A stretch of 64,000 bases of DNA from Marsupella aquatica (lineage: Eukaryota > Plantae > Marchantiophyta). Below the pieces are notes generated by a model that had not been told where the DNA came from, searched no databases, and saw nothing but the letters and a program-made list of their open reading frames with translations. This document shows positions 13,789 through 27,603 of the stretch, in pieces (positions within the stretch are counted from its first letter, which is position 1; each line of letters starts with the position of its first letter). The position numbers and the translations under genes were made by a program. The DNA is taken from contig OZ316898.1 of assembly GCA_973895155.1 (NCBI GenBank), positions 5,815,079 to 5,879,078 of the forward strand. The letters are read 5' to 3'.

Positions 13789-14073
13789 AGTGCACGTCGA
13801 AGGAACATCTCTTTGGGGAGTCTGACAACTCGCAGTGCGGTCCCTTCTCCGACAAGTAAATGCACAGTGTCGCTCTTCAGGTACCCACGAGAACATTGGC
13901 TAGCCCTATCTCTCGCATGATTTCACAGTCAGCTACACCTTCGCGACGTTAGTCTCGATTGGAAATTGGTCTACTTAGATGCATTCTTAATCTGGTCCAG
14001 ATTAAGCAGAGTAACCATGGTTTTGTCAGAATTGTCGAGATCAATAATAGCTCAGGCTAAATCTGGTGTCTAG
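13789..14073. repeat. Diverged inverted duplicate of 18478-18787
   Basis: For example ctcttcaggtacccacgagaacattggctagccctat (~13873-13909) occurs as its reverse complement at ~18667-18703. Flanks align at roughly 80% with one indel. Confidence 0.8.
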
Positions 14074-14517
14074 ATCATTTTAATTAGACTGAGAATAGTT
14101 TGGACCATACTAGATTCTAGTGACCTTGACGTCATCTTTAAAATTGAATCGTTGACAACACAATATCGAGCACAGTTTGTTTTGTATCTGTCAGCGTCCC
14201 ACTTGGGAGAATTGTTAAGCTCTACAGAGGAAATGTTATAATTGTGTGGGGCCACTTAACAAAGCTTTGTGAGCACTTGCGACTTCAGCCGCAGAGTTTT
14301 GTGTGATGTTAGAGGAAAACATGAGAAGCCGTAATTGAAGTTTTGAAACCAATACAGAGCAGAAAGTTTGGTCAATCATGACAGTCTTGTTTGCTGAATC
14401 CTTGCACGGGGAGCACTTGCTTTCATATTGGTCTCTTGGCTTAGTTTTAATAACTCGTGGCCGCGCCAGGAAAGAGACATGGCAGGCAGCAAGGACGGGT
14501 GCGAGCAGCAATCAATC

Positions 14518-17500
14518 ATGATGCAGTCACTGGGTTCGCAAGACAAAGAAGTGGACATCACTGACGAACAAGAAGCGATGGCGATTGTCACGCCTCTCCC
14601 CCGGTAACTATTTCCTGGAGGCTTTAATATGTTCACTGTGGAGCAAAAACGTTAATTTACGAGGTTTGGCATAGAATGTGTACACACTCTTGAATATGAT
14701 ATCTATTGTCACGGAAGTCAAGTACTCATCGGAGCTCTCCAATTGTTCGGAATGTGCTAACGAAAGTAAGGATGCTGTCCGTACTATGAAGCCCCTCAAC
14801 TAAAGTTTTGTGACTTTCTTTTTGTGTCTTGGGCAGGAGGGAGCTGTTCCTCATATGGTAAGCGGAGCATATACACCCATTTGATTTTATCTACTTTTTT
14901 GATTTTATCTACTTTATATGATTGGAAGAAGAAAAGAAAAGAGTGAATATTCTCAAGTAAATCATGCAAAGATCCGGCGGGCCATGCGCCAAACAGTACA
15001 GTAGATATGTTTTAAGCTCAAAAACAGGGGATGAATCCTGCTATAATCCCGATCTGCAAATGATAGTGTATGGCATTATGCATATTTTCCTGTGGATTTG
15101 AATTAACAGAAGATATCTAAACTCTCGTCTCCACTTCTTTCAGGATAATCCACGCCAGCCAAGGGTTCCAGACAACCATGTTATTCCCCATGGTAATGCT
15201 TGTTCTTGCCGATTGCTTGTTGCTTGTTATACATGTTTGTTGACAGGAAGGGTTAATTTGTCCAACTTAGAATCGCGTTGCGTCCAATTGTGGAGTAAAT
15301 CCGGAAGGCATAAGAGGAATAAAGCACGGTTTAAAAATTTAGCTGGTGAACGACTCAATTAGGGTGTGTAGAACAGATCTAGTTTTAAAAACTGGCAGTT
15401 GCGTTTGATCAAGAATATTGATAAGATGAAGATCTACTCTTGAGCTGACTTTAACATGCTGGAAGCTAGTACCCTGTGCCCAGTTGGTGTTCATGGTGGA
15501 GAAATATGGAAAGGCCGGGAAGCACGGTCATGCAGTAGGATACAATGCTGGACTCTTGGTACGTAGTAAGTTCGCCCCCTTCCACTGATGTCTAAGGTTC
15601 AGCATTCACCATGATTTTGCTGACTTTCGTGCATGTGCTGAGTTTTGTCAGTTCAAACTTATGACATGATATACTTGTTGCGAGCAAATTAGAGATCAAA
15701 AGTTGGTGTTCACCCGCACCTGCAGCCCCAGCATCAAGAAGCATGAACACGTTTAAATTGAATTTGTTAAGCCCGGTGATATCCTTGAAGCTTATCCTAG
15801 ATCTGGGTAATATTGAATTTTGTTGAGCATGCTGCTACGAATCTTATCCTAGATCTGGAAAATATTGAACTTTCTTGAGCATGATGCTAAGTCGAGACCT
15901 GAACGTACTCCAAATACCGTGGAGGAAAACTAGTTTGCGTAACGAATACTGTAGTTGTGATGTGCAGGCTTCTCTCTTTCCACTGGCACAGGTGTGTTCA
16001 GCCGTTGTATGGGGAGTTGTGTCCGACAGATATGGCCGGAGGGTAGGTTGATGTCCTTCACTTCTGACTTCAGTCCCAATTCTTTCATCTTGCTTTACGG
16101 TATCTGAGAAAACTCAATCCACGGACTGGAGCTATAACTGACTGGGGGTTCTGATTTGTAGCCATGGCTTGCGTTCGGAAATATTATAAGCGCAGTCTCT
16201 TCTCTGCTATTGGGCCTCAGTCAGTCATTTGCGAGTGCCTGCCTAGTACGGTTTTTCGGAGGATTGCTCAACGGAACCATGATTATCACCAAGTCGACGC
16301 TTGGCGAATTATGTGATGGGTACTGATCACATTCCTTCCCACACTAGCAATAATCAGGGACACTCGAACAAAATCTTTGAGGAACAGTCAACTAGTTTCC
16401 TGAATAGCCAACACTTTCCCTCTCCAGCACCCTCTTTGGAGTTCTATACACAGTCATGTTTGTATATAAATTTGATTTCTTAGGCAAAAACGCTGTCGTT
16501 GAGTATTTAATAAACTATTCAACGCCAGATTCAACGTACCTGTAGAAATTTAGACGGAGAAGTTATGAATGAAAATATCATTGTATGCATCAAGGACCAA
16601 TAGGGCCATGGGACCAACAGTGAACAAATTCGAGTTGATCTTCACGGGCGTCTTCTGACAAATTTGGTGGCCTACAGATGAACCCATACCAGATGAGGTC
16701 CCGAACTGAGTATTGCCGTTAAAATAGTTACACCCAACACCAATATCTATGATCTGGAGAGCATCATGCAGTTAGGATTATTTTCCTTCCCGTGTCTTCT
16801 TTAATGACTTGATATATATGTTGATTTCTTGCACAGAACAAATCAAGCCAAAGGTTTCGGCATACTGAACCTTGCGTGGGGGATTGGAGCCACTGCAGGC
16901 CCTGTCGTTTCGGGAGTTCTGGCAGAACCTTGTGCACAGTACTACAAATCATCCCCGTGCCCGGTGTGGTTCCAAACATATCCATTTATGCTTCCCTGCC
17001 TGAGTGCCACACTATTTTCATCCGTCGCCGTATGGGCATCACTGTTGCTAAAAGAAACGAATCCACGGAACGACTCTAAGAAAATATCGTACGAAAAACT
17101 CCCATTTCAAGTACATCCGGATGAAAGAGACTGTACTTCCAAGTCTCACTCGATTCCAATTGAGCCACAAACGAAGGAATCCCAGTATCTTACAGCTGCC
17201 TTTTGTAACGATCCCAAGACAGAGTTAGAAAGTGATCAGATCAAAGACGTAAGCTCCAAGCAGAGATTGCTGGTTTTAATCTCGACAACGCGTCAGGAGG
17301 AAATCGGCAAGAAGGATCTCGGCTGCTCTACACCTTGTCTTACTTCAATTGATATTGCAACTGCTGATTCTGACCTGCCCCGAAGCTCCTGGATTCCGAC
17401 AATTCCGTTCTCAATGTCGATATTGAAAGATCGCGGTGTGCTCCTATCGTCCTTCTGTTACTCTATGACCGGTTTGATTTTCATCATCACAGGTGAGTAC

Positions 17501-18294
17501 TTACCTGAATTTAATTCGAAATTGCTCTGTACTGCTTTGTCGCTCCGAACCTCCAGAATGTAGCAGCCAAGTGAATTGCATTGCCCTCGAATTGCACTAT
17601 TTCGCACATTGTCTTTTCTCGGCAAGTTCTGTCTGCATTTTGCCCCTGCTTAGTTCCAAACGGCTTGAAATGCAATTTATGTGAAGTTAAGTGATAAAAC
17701 TAATGTTGTGTTTGGCAATTCCTTGCAGACGAGTTGTTTCCAATGTTTGGAGCGTCATCCCAAACAGTCGGAGGGCTGGGATTCAGCTCTGCCGATCTAG
17801 GCCTTGCTCTGGGAGAAGGAGGAATAGTTTTGTTCGTCTACACTCTTCTTCTCTATCCTCGAGTTGCAGAGCGTTTGGGACCTCTCCGCTGCTTCCGCTA
17901 TGGCATTCTCGGTTGTATCCCAGTCTGGTTTCTCTTCCCTGCTTGCTCCATGCTCGATGGGCATCCCACGCTTCTCTGGTCATTGCTCCTGTTCACCATG
18001 TCAGCCCGGAGTGTTGTGGGTTGCACAACATTCACCGGAGTACTGATTCTGGTGAGCAATTCTGCCACATCTGAGAACATGGGAACTGTGACAGGGCTGA
18101 GCCACAGCTTTTGCAGCTTCTTCAGAGCCATAGGCCCGGCTTTTGGTGGTGCCCTTTGGTCCTACACATCCACAAAGAGCTTCCCTATGCATCAATTTCT
18201 GGCCTGGGCCATTGTCTCTGTGCTATCTATTGGCACCTACGGTTTATCTTTCTTACTACCGCCGAGTTTAGTCCATCCCAAGGATAACAGATGA
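14518..18294 (+). CDS. ZIFL: Major facilitator superfamily transporter, ZINC INDUCED FACILITATOR (ZIF1/ZIFL)-like, 8 exons
   Basis: join(14518..14603,14837..14857,15144..15192,15484..15558,15968..16042,16162..16319,16837..17492,17729..18294), all GT-AG and in phase. N-terminal TPLP, GYNAGLL, MFS motif A (WGVVSDRYGRR), RFFGGLLNG...K..LGELCD.TNQAKGF, YPFMLPC, GGLGFSS, RAIGPAFGG. Confidence 0.9.
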
Positions 18295-18477
18295 CAACTT
18301 CGACCTGTTGTACAATACAGTAGCTCCCAGGGAAACTGACACAGACGAAACGAAATGTGCTCGTTATTCTGTTGTAAACGAATTCAATTTAAAGATGTTG
18401 TAAACGAATTCAATTTAAAAGATGACAGCAAGGTCACTAGATTTTAGTCTGGTCCAGCCTATTCTCTGTATAATGGG

Positions 18478-18787
18478 CTAGACACCAGAGATAGGCCGGA
18501 ACCATCATTGATCTGGAGAATTTGGTCAAAACCATGGTTGGTCTGGTTAATTTGGACCAGACTAAGAACGCACTTAAGTAGACCAATCTCCAATCGAGAC
18601 CAACGTCGTGAAGGTGTAGCTGACTCTGAAATCATGCGAGACATAAATGGGTTCTTTGATATAATCATAGGGCTAGCCAATGTTCTCGTGGGTACCTGAA
18701 GAGAGACCCTGTGCGCTTACGTTTCGGAGACGAGACCACAATACGAATTGTCAGACTCCCCATAGAGATGTTCCTTCGCCGTGCACT
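18478..18787. repeat. Diverged inverted duplicate of 13789-14073
   Basis: Reverse-complement match to 13789-14073. Confidence 0.8.
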
Positions 18788-20235
18788 GTTTTATCTCTGT
18801 GACTGGAAGAAATCCATCGGATCCGATCCTTCAGCTATGCTAAACCATGAACGTTTACACATCTGAACTTGAATCTAGCGTAGAACGACTTTGTGAACAG
18901 AGTTGATCAGGCCTTGCAAACTGAAGCCTCCGAGAATTGGAAGCTCTGCTCACAAGTCTGAGCTTCACAAAATTGAAACTTTGCAAATCATCAACTGAAA
19001 TGGAAGATTACCAAAATTCTATCAAAAATTCAAACTGGAAGCGATAAAGTCACTTAGAAAATGCTTAGTGTTTGATCTTTAAACTGTGAAAATAATTTTT
19101 ACTGGTTTGAAACTGAGACAAACTTCAAGCTACGATGAAGTACTGATTTTTGTGAAGTTTTGCGGAATCGGGCTCCATGTCAAATGAACAATGTCGCCTC
19201 TCCAGACTATGCTGAAGAGACCAGGCTACCATTTTCCAGAGCTTTATCAAATTCTTCACTAATTTGGAACTGTATCACCACCAAGCCGTCTCAAGTTGAA
19301 ACATTCTTCCTACTAGAAGACCCAGACAACACAAGTGGGACTGACTGCGTTAAGCCAATAAAACAGAGCAGTGTTTGACCAGACTGCGCTATAAGCCAAC
19401 TAGCCTGATTACACATTCCTTGAAGTTAAATAGAGATGAAGACCAAAGAAAATATTGCACAAAAATGAATTTGATGCTATCTCCGGTTTGTACTTGCCTC
19501 ATTCTCTTACTTGTTCACCCTCACAATACCCTTATTTAGAGTCCTGTCCTTATTTTTTAGTCCACTTTTATCTTTATTTGGAGTTTTGGTCTAAAGGTGT
19601 CACTTAAGACCATTAGCCATTAAAAGTAGCTTGTGTTCACGATTTCTTGGTAAGATAGAACTCCTTTACGGAAAGTGGGCCACTACAGCTTCATTAAAAG
19701 AAATGAGTGCAAGAAATGAGTGCAAGAAATGTAGATGTTACTTACAACAGCCCTAAAAAATACACAAATTGTGTTTCTCCCGGGCATTAAGCACTCCACC
19801 CAGCCTGCTCAAACCTTATCATGAAGGCCTAAAGTGACAAAAACGATTGTCATGAACCACTGGATACAAAATACTGGTGGGTCATTTACATACATGACGC
19901 TATTGTTTAGAATGTAAATATTGATTAATCAGCTAGTGTAAGAAGATCATTTTTGGAAAGATCAAATTTTAAAAATAATTTTAAATTTTTTTTGAAATCC
20001 AAAATGTGTGAACAAGGTTACATTTGGGTTTTTACCATTCCCATTCTTTGTTATTTTTGTTGTTACGTAGTTTCTTTACTATTATCTGGTAGAACAAATT
20101 TTGTTGGCATGGCTCCAAACCAAATGGAAGTGTTTGTGAAAATGTCAAACACACATGGTAGTGTCTATGGCAAAAATAGATGGCGTGACACAACCACAAG
20201 CCAGGGATTTTACAAAAACTTGTCATTGGGGATAG

Positions 20236-20529
20236 CTCGGGGGTCTCACTATATGGATGTCTGCCTATCACATGCGGCATTTTTAGGCCCCGGACCCCCT
20301 AAAATGTAAGAAAAAAACAATTATTTTCAACCCCTATAAAGTTAGAATATTCTTGGAATATTCTAATATTTTTTATAAGTACCCTAATGTTCTTATAAGT
20401 CTCAAAATTGGATTTAAAAGACCCTATTGTTCTTCTCAAAAAATTCTTAAGTTTTTCATTTGATCCAATAAAATGACCCTATATTTTATCGCACATGATG
20501 TGCCATTTTTATGGAAGTGAAACCCCCAG
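20236..20529. mobile_element. MITE, TIR CTCGGGGGTCTCACT, 8-bp TSD GGGGATAG
   Basis: Starts ctcgggggtctcact and ends agtgaaacccccag. GGGGATAG at 20228-20235 and 20530-20537. Reverse-complement homolog at 62646-62942. Confidence 0.85.
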
Positions 20530-22951
20530 GGGGATAGTAAAGCTTCTATAACACAAGCCCTATGCCCATGCGTTACACAGGGCAAGGAGGGCCGGCCCAG
20601 AGGCTGGTACATTTATGGGGCAGAGTGGGGACGTAATATGCATCAGGGGTGCTCATTTAATCCATCAATGATCAGGGAAAACAGTCAAACAAATCCAACG
20701 GCCGTGGATCTTTCCTGTCCAAGAGCTTTTTTTGTATTAGAACAAAGGACAAAAAAATGCAGGATCCTTTATTATAGCTGTAGATAGTGACTGACCAAAT
20801 GAGAAAGGTGACCACCCTACTTGTTTTGCCTGATCGTTTTAGAAATGCAGTTGTAAGTAACGTGAAAATGCTTATTGCATGTCATTTGAGCAGTTCTTCC
20901 CCAAAAAATGTCAAGATCAATAATTATGAGTATTCATTATAGCATTCAGAAATTCATATTTAGTAATAAACTGAGGGTAATTCAAGCAAAAACAACATAG
21001 TCAGTGCCTAAACCACGGTTAACCTCAACTTGTTGTATTCTTTCATCTATTTTGCTTTTTCCAGCACACAGGCTCTCCACATTATTTCTTCTTGTGTGAA
21101 ATCAATTATTTCTTCTTGTTTATTGTTATCTCTTAATTTATTTTTGCAAATTTTTGGTGTTAGCCAATAATCTTATCATGTACCTTGCATGTACTAACTC
21201 TCAGTTTTTCTAGATATTCAATAAAATGGATCCCTTTTGTAGTTGTTTGTCATTTTTACTTTTTTTCGGACATAGTCACTGCAGATAAATTTATTGCGGT
21301 TTGTACTGTTCGTCAATTTGTGGGTTTGTTGGGATATTGCCTATATTTGTATGAGTTTGCATTTGTTTCTTGCGTTTAATTATTGGATTGTTGAAACAAT
21401 GCAGTGACTGAAATCACCCTTGCCTAGCTACCATGGCTAACCCATCGCTAGGAGTCTGGACTATATAGCATGAATTTAAGAGGTAACTTTGGGAAACTTA
21501 AGGAAATGTCTTTTCAGGCAAGTTTCTTCTGATTGGTCATTGACGTGGAATAGCTTGGTCTAAATTATTATCTGAATTTCACTTGGTTTTGCTTTTCAAA
21601 TGCATCTCATTCCCAAATGACATCTTAAGGAATCGCTTCTAAACTTTGCTTTCATGGGATACTTAGCTGAATGACCAACGACAATTAAATCCAATGCTCA
21701 ACATTATCAATGGCAGTCAACAAGACAATTGGCTTTAAAATCGTATTGCAGTTCTGTTCTGGGCATGTTTTGATCGAGCGGGGTTTTGAGGAGCACTGAC
21801 CATAAAGACAGCATACTATGTGACCTTGCCAAGACCTAGATTGCCAATGGTGGCAAGTTTAATTTGGTACATTAGTTCTCACTCTACATGTTTTGATGTC
21901 CAGTGTCTTGCAAGATTGGACCCAAGATTGGACAAGTTTTGAGGAACAATGTTGTTTGGTTTTGACTAGCTACCTCTTACCTTGGCATTTAGATTTATCT
22001 TGTTTTTCTCTGCAAACTAAGTTTCTGTTCCAAGTGCAAGTTTTACAAAGTTTCTAAAACAGACCATGGACACGGGCATGGACATCCAATTTGAAAAGTC
22101 ACCATTCTATCTGGCTAGAATGGGTACTGGTCTATTAAGCACAAGTTTTCCAAGCTTTTTGAATCATTTACGCTAGGGACATCCAATTTGAAAGATCATC
22201 ATTCTATATTGCCCAAACTAGTATGAGTACTGCCAATGCATGCCTTGTAATACGGGGAAGAGTGCTGAGTGCAAAATGTTTGAGTTTCATACACTAATGA
22301 ATTGTTGAAGTTTGCAACCTATTGGGACAACCTGTTGTGCAGATATTTATGTCCCTATTCAAGAAAAACATTGATTTGCTGTTGGTAATATTTAACCCAT
22401 AAAATATCCTTTGAAATTCATTGTGAATTAGAATAGAGGCAGCACAACTTTTGTAAGGATGGAGTTTGACACTTGCAAAGATAGAATTGTATGGTTTTAG
22501 GGTGTATGGTGCTGGGATTGACAATTAATTCTACTAGTGCAAGAGAAATTAAAGGTCATCATTGCCACTTGCAAAATATCTCTGAAGTTAATGTTCAAGA
22601 AACTACAACATACTTTGGAAAATTGTGTGCATTGAAAAGAATTGCAGAGCTAGGTCATTGAACAGGCTTGAATTTCTCAAGATCCTTTCATGACATTGGG
22701 ATTGTAAGTTTAGATCCAAGCAACAATTAGAGAGAAATATAAGTTAAGATGGATCCTTTAAACATTGGTTGTCTCAAGAAAAGAACTGAGTCTTTTGATA
22801 GTTACATTGAAAGACAAGATTGACTTTTTGGGGGATCTTAAATATCAATATTAATTTATATATAATTAAGTTAAGTTAAATCATATTAATACAAGTTCAA
22901 TCCCAGATTCAATATATTGGGTTAATTAATCAATCAATCACATATTGTATA

Positions 22952-23214
22952 CTCGGGGGGGGGGGGGGGGGGGGTGGGGTCACTATATGAAGGGTCATAC
23001 ATCACGTGCGACGGTTTGGGTCATTTATGACCCCCCTAAGTCACTTTCTAGAAAGTTGTACGACACCAATCATGTGATGACACGTATGCATTTTGCAATT
23101 AAACAACCCTATATTTCCATAGAAGACTTAATAAGTCTTCCGCCAAAACCATTTAAATGGCCCTACACTTCGTCGCACATGATATGCCACTTCCATGGAA
23201 GTGACCTCCCCAAG
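22952..23214. mobile_element. MITE of the same TIR type, 8-bp TSD ATTGTATA
   Basis: Starts ctcggg...ggggtcact and ends agtgacctccccaag. ATTGTATA at 22944-22951 and 23215-23222. Shares gtcgcacatgatatgcca...tggaagtga with the other copies. Confidence 0.85.
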
Positions 23215-25522
23215 ATTGTATATATTGTCATCAATTGAAAGGACATTCAAACAACTTTATAGTCATGTTTAACCTATCATCTGCTTTGATATATATGCAT
23301 TGTCAATTTTCAATTTACAAAGAATATTATTTGATTGAGGTTCTTGAGGTCTTTAAATATTTTTGATTTAAATCTGATTTGTTTCAGTCCTCAAGTCTAG
23401 CCATTTTTGTTACAAACCCCCATGATTGAGGGGTCTTTTCCAAAATTCCAGGCACCACAGCAGACCATGTCATTGTGATGCGCAACAAACACAACAAGTC
23501 TTTGTTGGGAATTAGAATAACAGACTGTCACCTTCTTCTTTGCGTCAATTTGGGAGAAAATTCTTTGTTGATGAAATTTTTTAACAAGTAATCACTTTAA
23601 TTGATTTTTTAATTTCCTAAAAATAAAATAATTCAACAATGACCGTAATCCTGTAAAAATGACAGTTAGTTATATAACTACCCAAATATTGTCTAGTTTT
23701 TCACACTTACAGAGAATAATCTAACCTAGTTAGGAATATCCTGAAAATGTACTTGTACTTGTCTTCAATTGGTCTTGGTATTTATCCTGGAGTCAAGCTC
23801 GGGGTAAATCCAAAGATAGCAATGACAAGAGGAAGACTGATAGCTGCTCAGCAGTTGGCAAGGTAACTTCTTCATATGACTGCTTATTTTTAGTTGATAA
23901 ATGTAATCATGACAAGATTCCTTTGGCAATTGTGCATAAACTATTTTAAAGTGGAAAATTTTTGGGTAGTGTCAGATCAAGACAAGCTAATTGAAACTTG
24001 AATATGTGCAATGATTTACAAGAAGGCAAAGTTCCAGTGATTGTTGGTGTGTAGTTGCAACAGACTTGACCAAATGTAGAAACCTTGACACCTCGCTTGA
24101 CACTAGGCATCTGGAGTAGCTGGGGGAGCAGCTTGCCAAGCAAGTTGAAAACCAGTTAAATTAGATTTGAAGTTCTAGGTGCCCTTTCATTGTATTCACT
24201 TGCTGCTATGAATGTTTAGTATTGTGAGAACTAATAAGAATAGAAAGAACCAAGGAAAATTTTCAGATATGGGGAAATTGGACTCACTGGCACTAGTATG
24301 TACTTGCATGGCCACAATTTGTGTACAAGATTGCAGTGAAGTTGATCATATAAATGCAATCTAAATCTGCAAATGCTTGAAGGTATTCAAAGTCTTCTTA
24401 GACTTTATCACAAAAATGGCCATCATTGATCCCCATGGCTGAATTTGTGTCATTACTAAATTGTCAAGGTTTCAAGGACCAAATTCTAAGCTTGAGCCAT
24501 GGTTAGCATTAAGACTGCTGGCAACCTTCCCCAACAGTGCTCAATTCACCAGTGTAATAAATCTATATGAGCTCCATTGTTGTAATCATATCTCTAAAGA
24601 CATGATGCCACTTTGAACTCCACTCAAAGCAAGCTAGATCAGAAAGTTGCATCCCATTTGCTTTTCCCACAAACTCCACTCAACGGCTCAGCAAAAGATT
24701 TTGTTGGTTCCTTCGTTCCCCAACTAGAGCAAAGCTCAACGCTTGACACATGATACAATTTTGTCCAATTGTTTAAATTTTTTCACTCATGTCGTTCATC
24801 TCCAAACATATTCAATTTTTAAAGACAGTAAAACACTAGCTTGTTGACAATCTGGAACATGTATGAGGATGTTGACTAAATATAGGATGGATGGATAATT
24901 CTACTAGGCAAAAAATTGAATGGAAAGTAACACACTTTAGATGCTTAGTTTTCCAGGAAAATCCAAAATAGAAGAAAGAGTGGAGTGAAAGATTTACGCC
25001 GGTACATGTACTGTTCAATTGAGTATTGAGAAAGAGCAAATATTTGCATCAACTGAAGCTGTCATATAGTCTTGGGTTAATCCAAACTTTTGCAAAGAAG
25101 ATTTTTGACACTCATTTCGGATCAAGAGGTGTGATCAAATTGCTCTCTATGGTTCTCAGGATCAATGCACTTGCAAGTAGTGGATCAATGCATTTGCAAG
25201 TAGTATTTCGTCACACCTGATCCTCTCTGTCTTTCTCTATCTGCTCTCTCTTTCTCCTTGCTGTGTGTTTGTGATTCTTCCTATTTGATTCTTGCTAAAC
25301 AAAGTAGCTAGGGCCGGGGTCCATGAACTAATTGATCTTGATTCAGATAATTATTCATACACTATCTTTATTGTTAATTCATTGTGGAGCAAGAATACAC
25401 ACTTGGATACACATTCTTATCCGGGATTCTTATTTGTGGCTAAAAATGTCGATGTGGCCACATGGCGTCCAAGGTGGTGCTAGAATTCTCTAGAATTCTC
25501 TTTTGAATTCAAAAGTCAAAAT

Positions 25523-26174
25523 TCATCTTGACGTCAATCAATAAGCCTCTAGCGTCATCCTGGTGTCTAGCTCATCCAGCCTGCCTTCTTTGGCTACATA
25601 CAATTTGTTGCTCAGAAAGTGAAGAACCTCTTGACTTGATCAAGGATTGCATTAGGTCACATCTAGCAATTGAATGTTAAATTCTCCATTTTTGTATTCT
25701 CCAGGTTGTTTGAATTAAGTTTTGTTTCTTATTTCATATCATTTGACTTTTGAATTCTAGCACCACTAGCCACTTCCCATGGGGTTTTCTAAATGAATGA
25801 CTGACAAGGTTACCTAAAATTTAGATTTTTTGCAAAAAAAAAATACTAAAGACCACAAAATGTTTTGTGCGATCCAAAAAACTAGACATGTTTGAATCAA
25901 TGCAAGAAAAACAATTAGACCTGTACTTAGAAAAATTCAAAATTCAAAAGTCAAATGATATGAAATAAGAGACAAAACTTAATTCAAACAACCTGGAGAA
26001 TACAAAAATGGAGAACTTAACATTCAATTGCTAGATGTGACCTAATGCAATCCTTGATCAAGTCAAGAGGTTCTTCACTTTCTGAGCAACGAATTGTATG
26101 TAGCCAAAGAAGGCAGGCTGGATGAGCTAGACACCAGGATGACGCTAGAAGCTTATTGATTGACGTCAAGATGA
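25523..26174. repeat. Near-perfect inverted repeat, 234-bp arms (25523-25756 and 25941-26174), 184-bp spacer
   Basis: Arms are reverse complements with about 4 transition mismatches (counted by eye). Confidence 0.9.
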
Positions 26175-27603
26175 GGAGCTTGAAAACTTGCTTTGGAGGG
26201 TAACAAGAAGCTTTGGAACTTGTTGATGAGTATCAATGTTGATACTTGAGAAGCGGAAAGAGTCCGGATCCTGCAAGCTAGGACAATCTGCTCATCGATC
26301 TCTTGGTGAGGACCACTGCTGATGAGGATATGTTTTTTGGATCATCCTACACCTTTATAATGTAGCATACTCAGGACATCTCTAGCCATTTTCCAATATC
26401 ATTTTAGCTGCACTTAAGCTACAATATTTTTATTACAGCCATATAGTGCAAATTTTCTAACATTCAACTCTTGGTCTCTTTACAGTGTTGAATGAAATTT
26501 GTATTAGTTCCTTTACAAGTATTAAAGTTTGCAAGTCCACCAATAACTGAAAATTGGTCTTCTTTTGGGGGAAATAGTTGGTGATTTCATTGAGTATTTC
26601 CTCATTGCAAGTTATGAAATATCATTTGAAAAGATGAATAATGAAAACAATTTTTGAATTTAACCAAAAACAATTTGAAAATTGCTATCAATTTCGAGAT
26701 AGAGCGTGAATTACTTAGCGAATGATATGGCCAACCAATGTGTTGTATGCTCGAGGATTGAGTCTACTTCCATTCTAGAGCTTGTACATGTAACACATAT
26801 CTACATATATTGATGAGTATACGCACATACTTGTACTGGTAAACACGGATTGATTAATGAGTGTACCCACATGGCTCCAATCTAGAGCTTGTACTTGTAA
26901 ACACGGACAGATTATACGACACTGATGGGACCCACGAATTTACTTTTTGGCTCTTCCTTCGCACTTTTATTGGGACCAACTGGCTAAGGATACATATGGT
27001 ACATTTTGCAGCTATCTACAATCGATGAATGTACTGAGAGAGACACCCCAGATGTCTGATCGCCTGAAGAGAGATTAATCGCCCTCCCCGTAGCCAGGAG
27101 AGTCATGCGCAAGCAAAGACAGCACAGCAGGAGAAATGGCTAGAGATCAAGCGAGACTCTAACAGCTATGACCTTGACTGGAGTATTGACTGTCTGGAGA
27201 AAGTAGCTATCAGTCTCATTCGTTGTCTGGTTTCTGTTTATCCTTTTCCATCACTCGAGCTTCGAGACCCAGGTTCTATCCCGCAAAGCTAAGTTGCGAC
27301 AGCTTCAGGATCCCCACTCAACGATCCCCACTCAACGCTGTTTTCTGCAAAATCACTCAACCGCAAGTACGAATTGGTAGGTGTCACTGGCCGTCTGCGA
27401 GAATTGACAATTACAATGCGATGATGGCTGATCCTGTATTCTGCTAGCTATATCGACCCCATATTGACAATTAAGTACAATTGGATGAGGTGCGATCGTA
27501 GTTGATTAGTATAGCTAGCTGTTGATTCGTATCTCGATACTCAGACGTAGCGGATAGTGTGCTCGATCAACTTCCGTTTGAGCGGCAGTGATCTTGACTG
27601 CTC

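Noticed and set aside
12341-13830. Short ORF fragments faintly reminiscent of GT92/DUF23 glycosyltransferase (TAQTIVRC, LLPWLVH, HDYEFF)
   Set aside because: Matches are too short and broken to support a call without a profile search.
22954-22974. Long poly-G run, possible G-quadruplex
   Set aside because: It is an expansion of the G-tract in a MITE TIR, and homopolymer length is unreliable.
20800-25300. AT-rich stretch that may be a decayed DNA transposase (SASESNF resembles a hAT dimerisation motif)
   Set aside because: Only one weak motif, many stops and no termini found.
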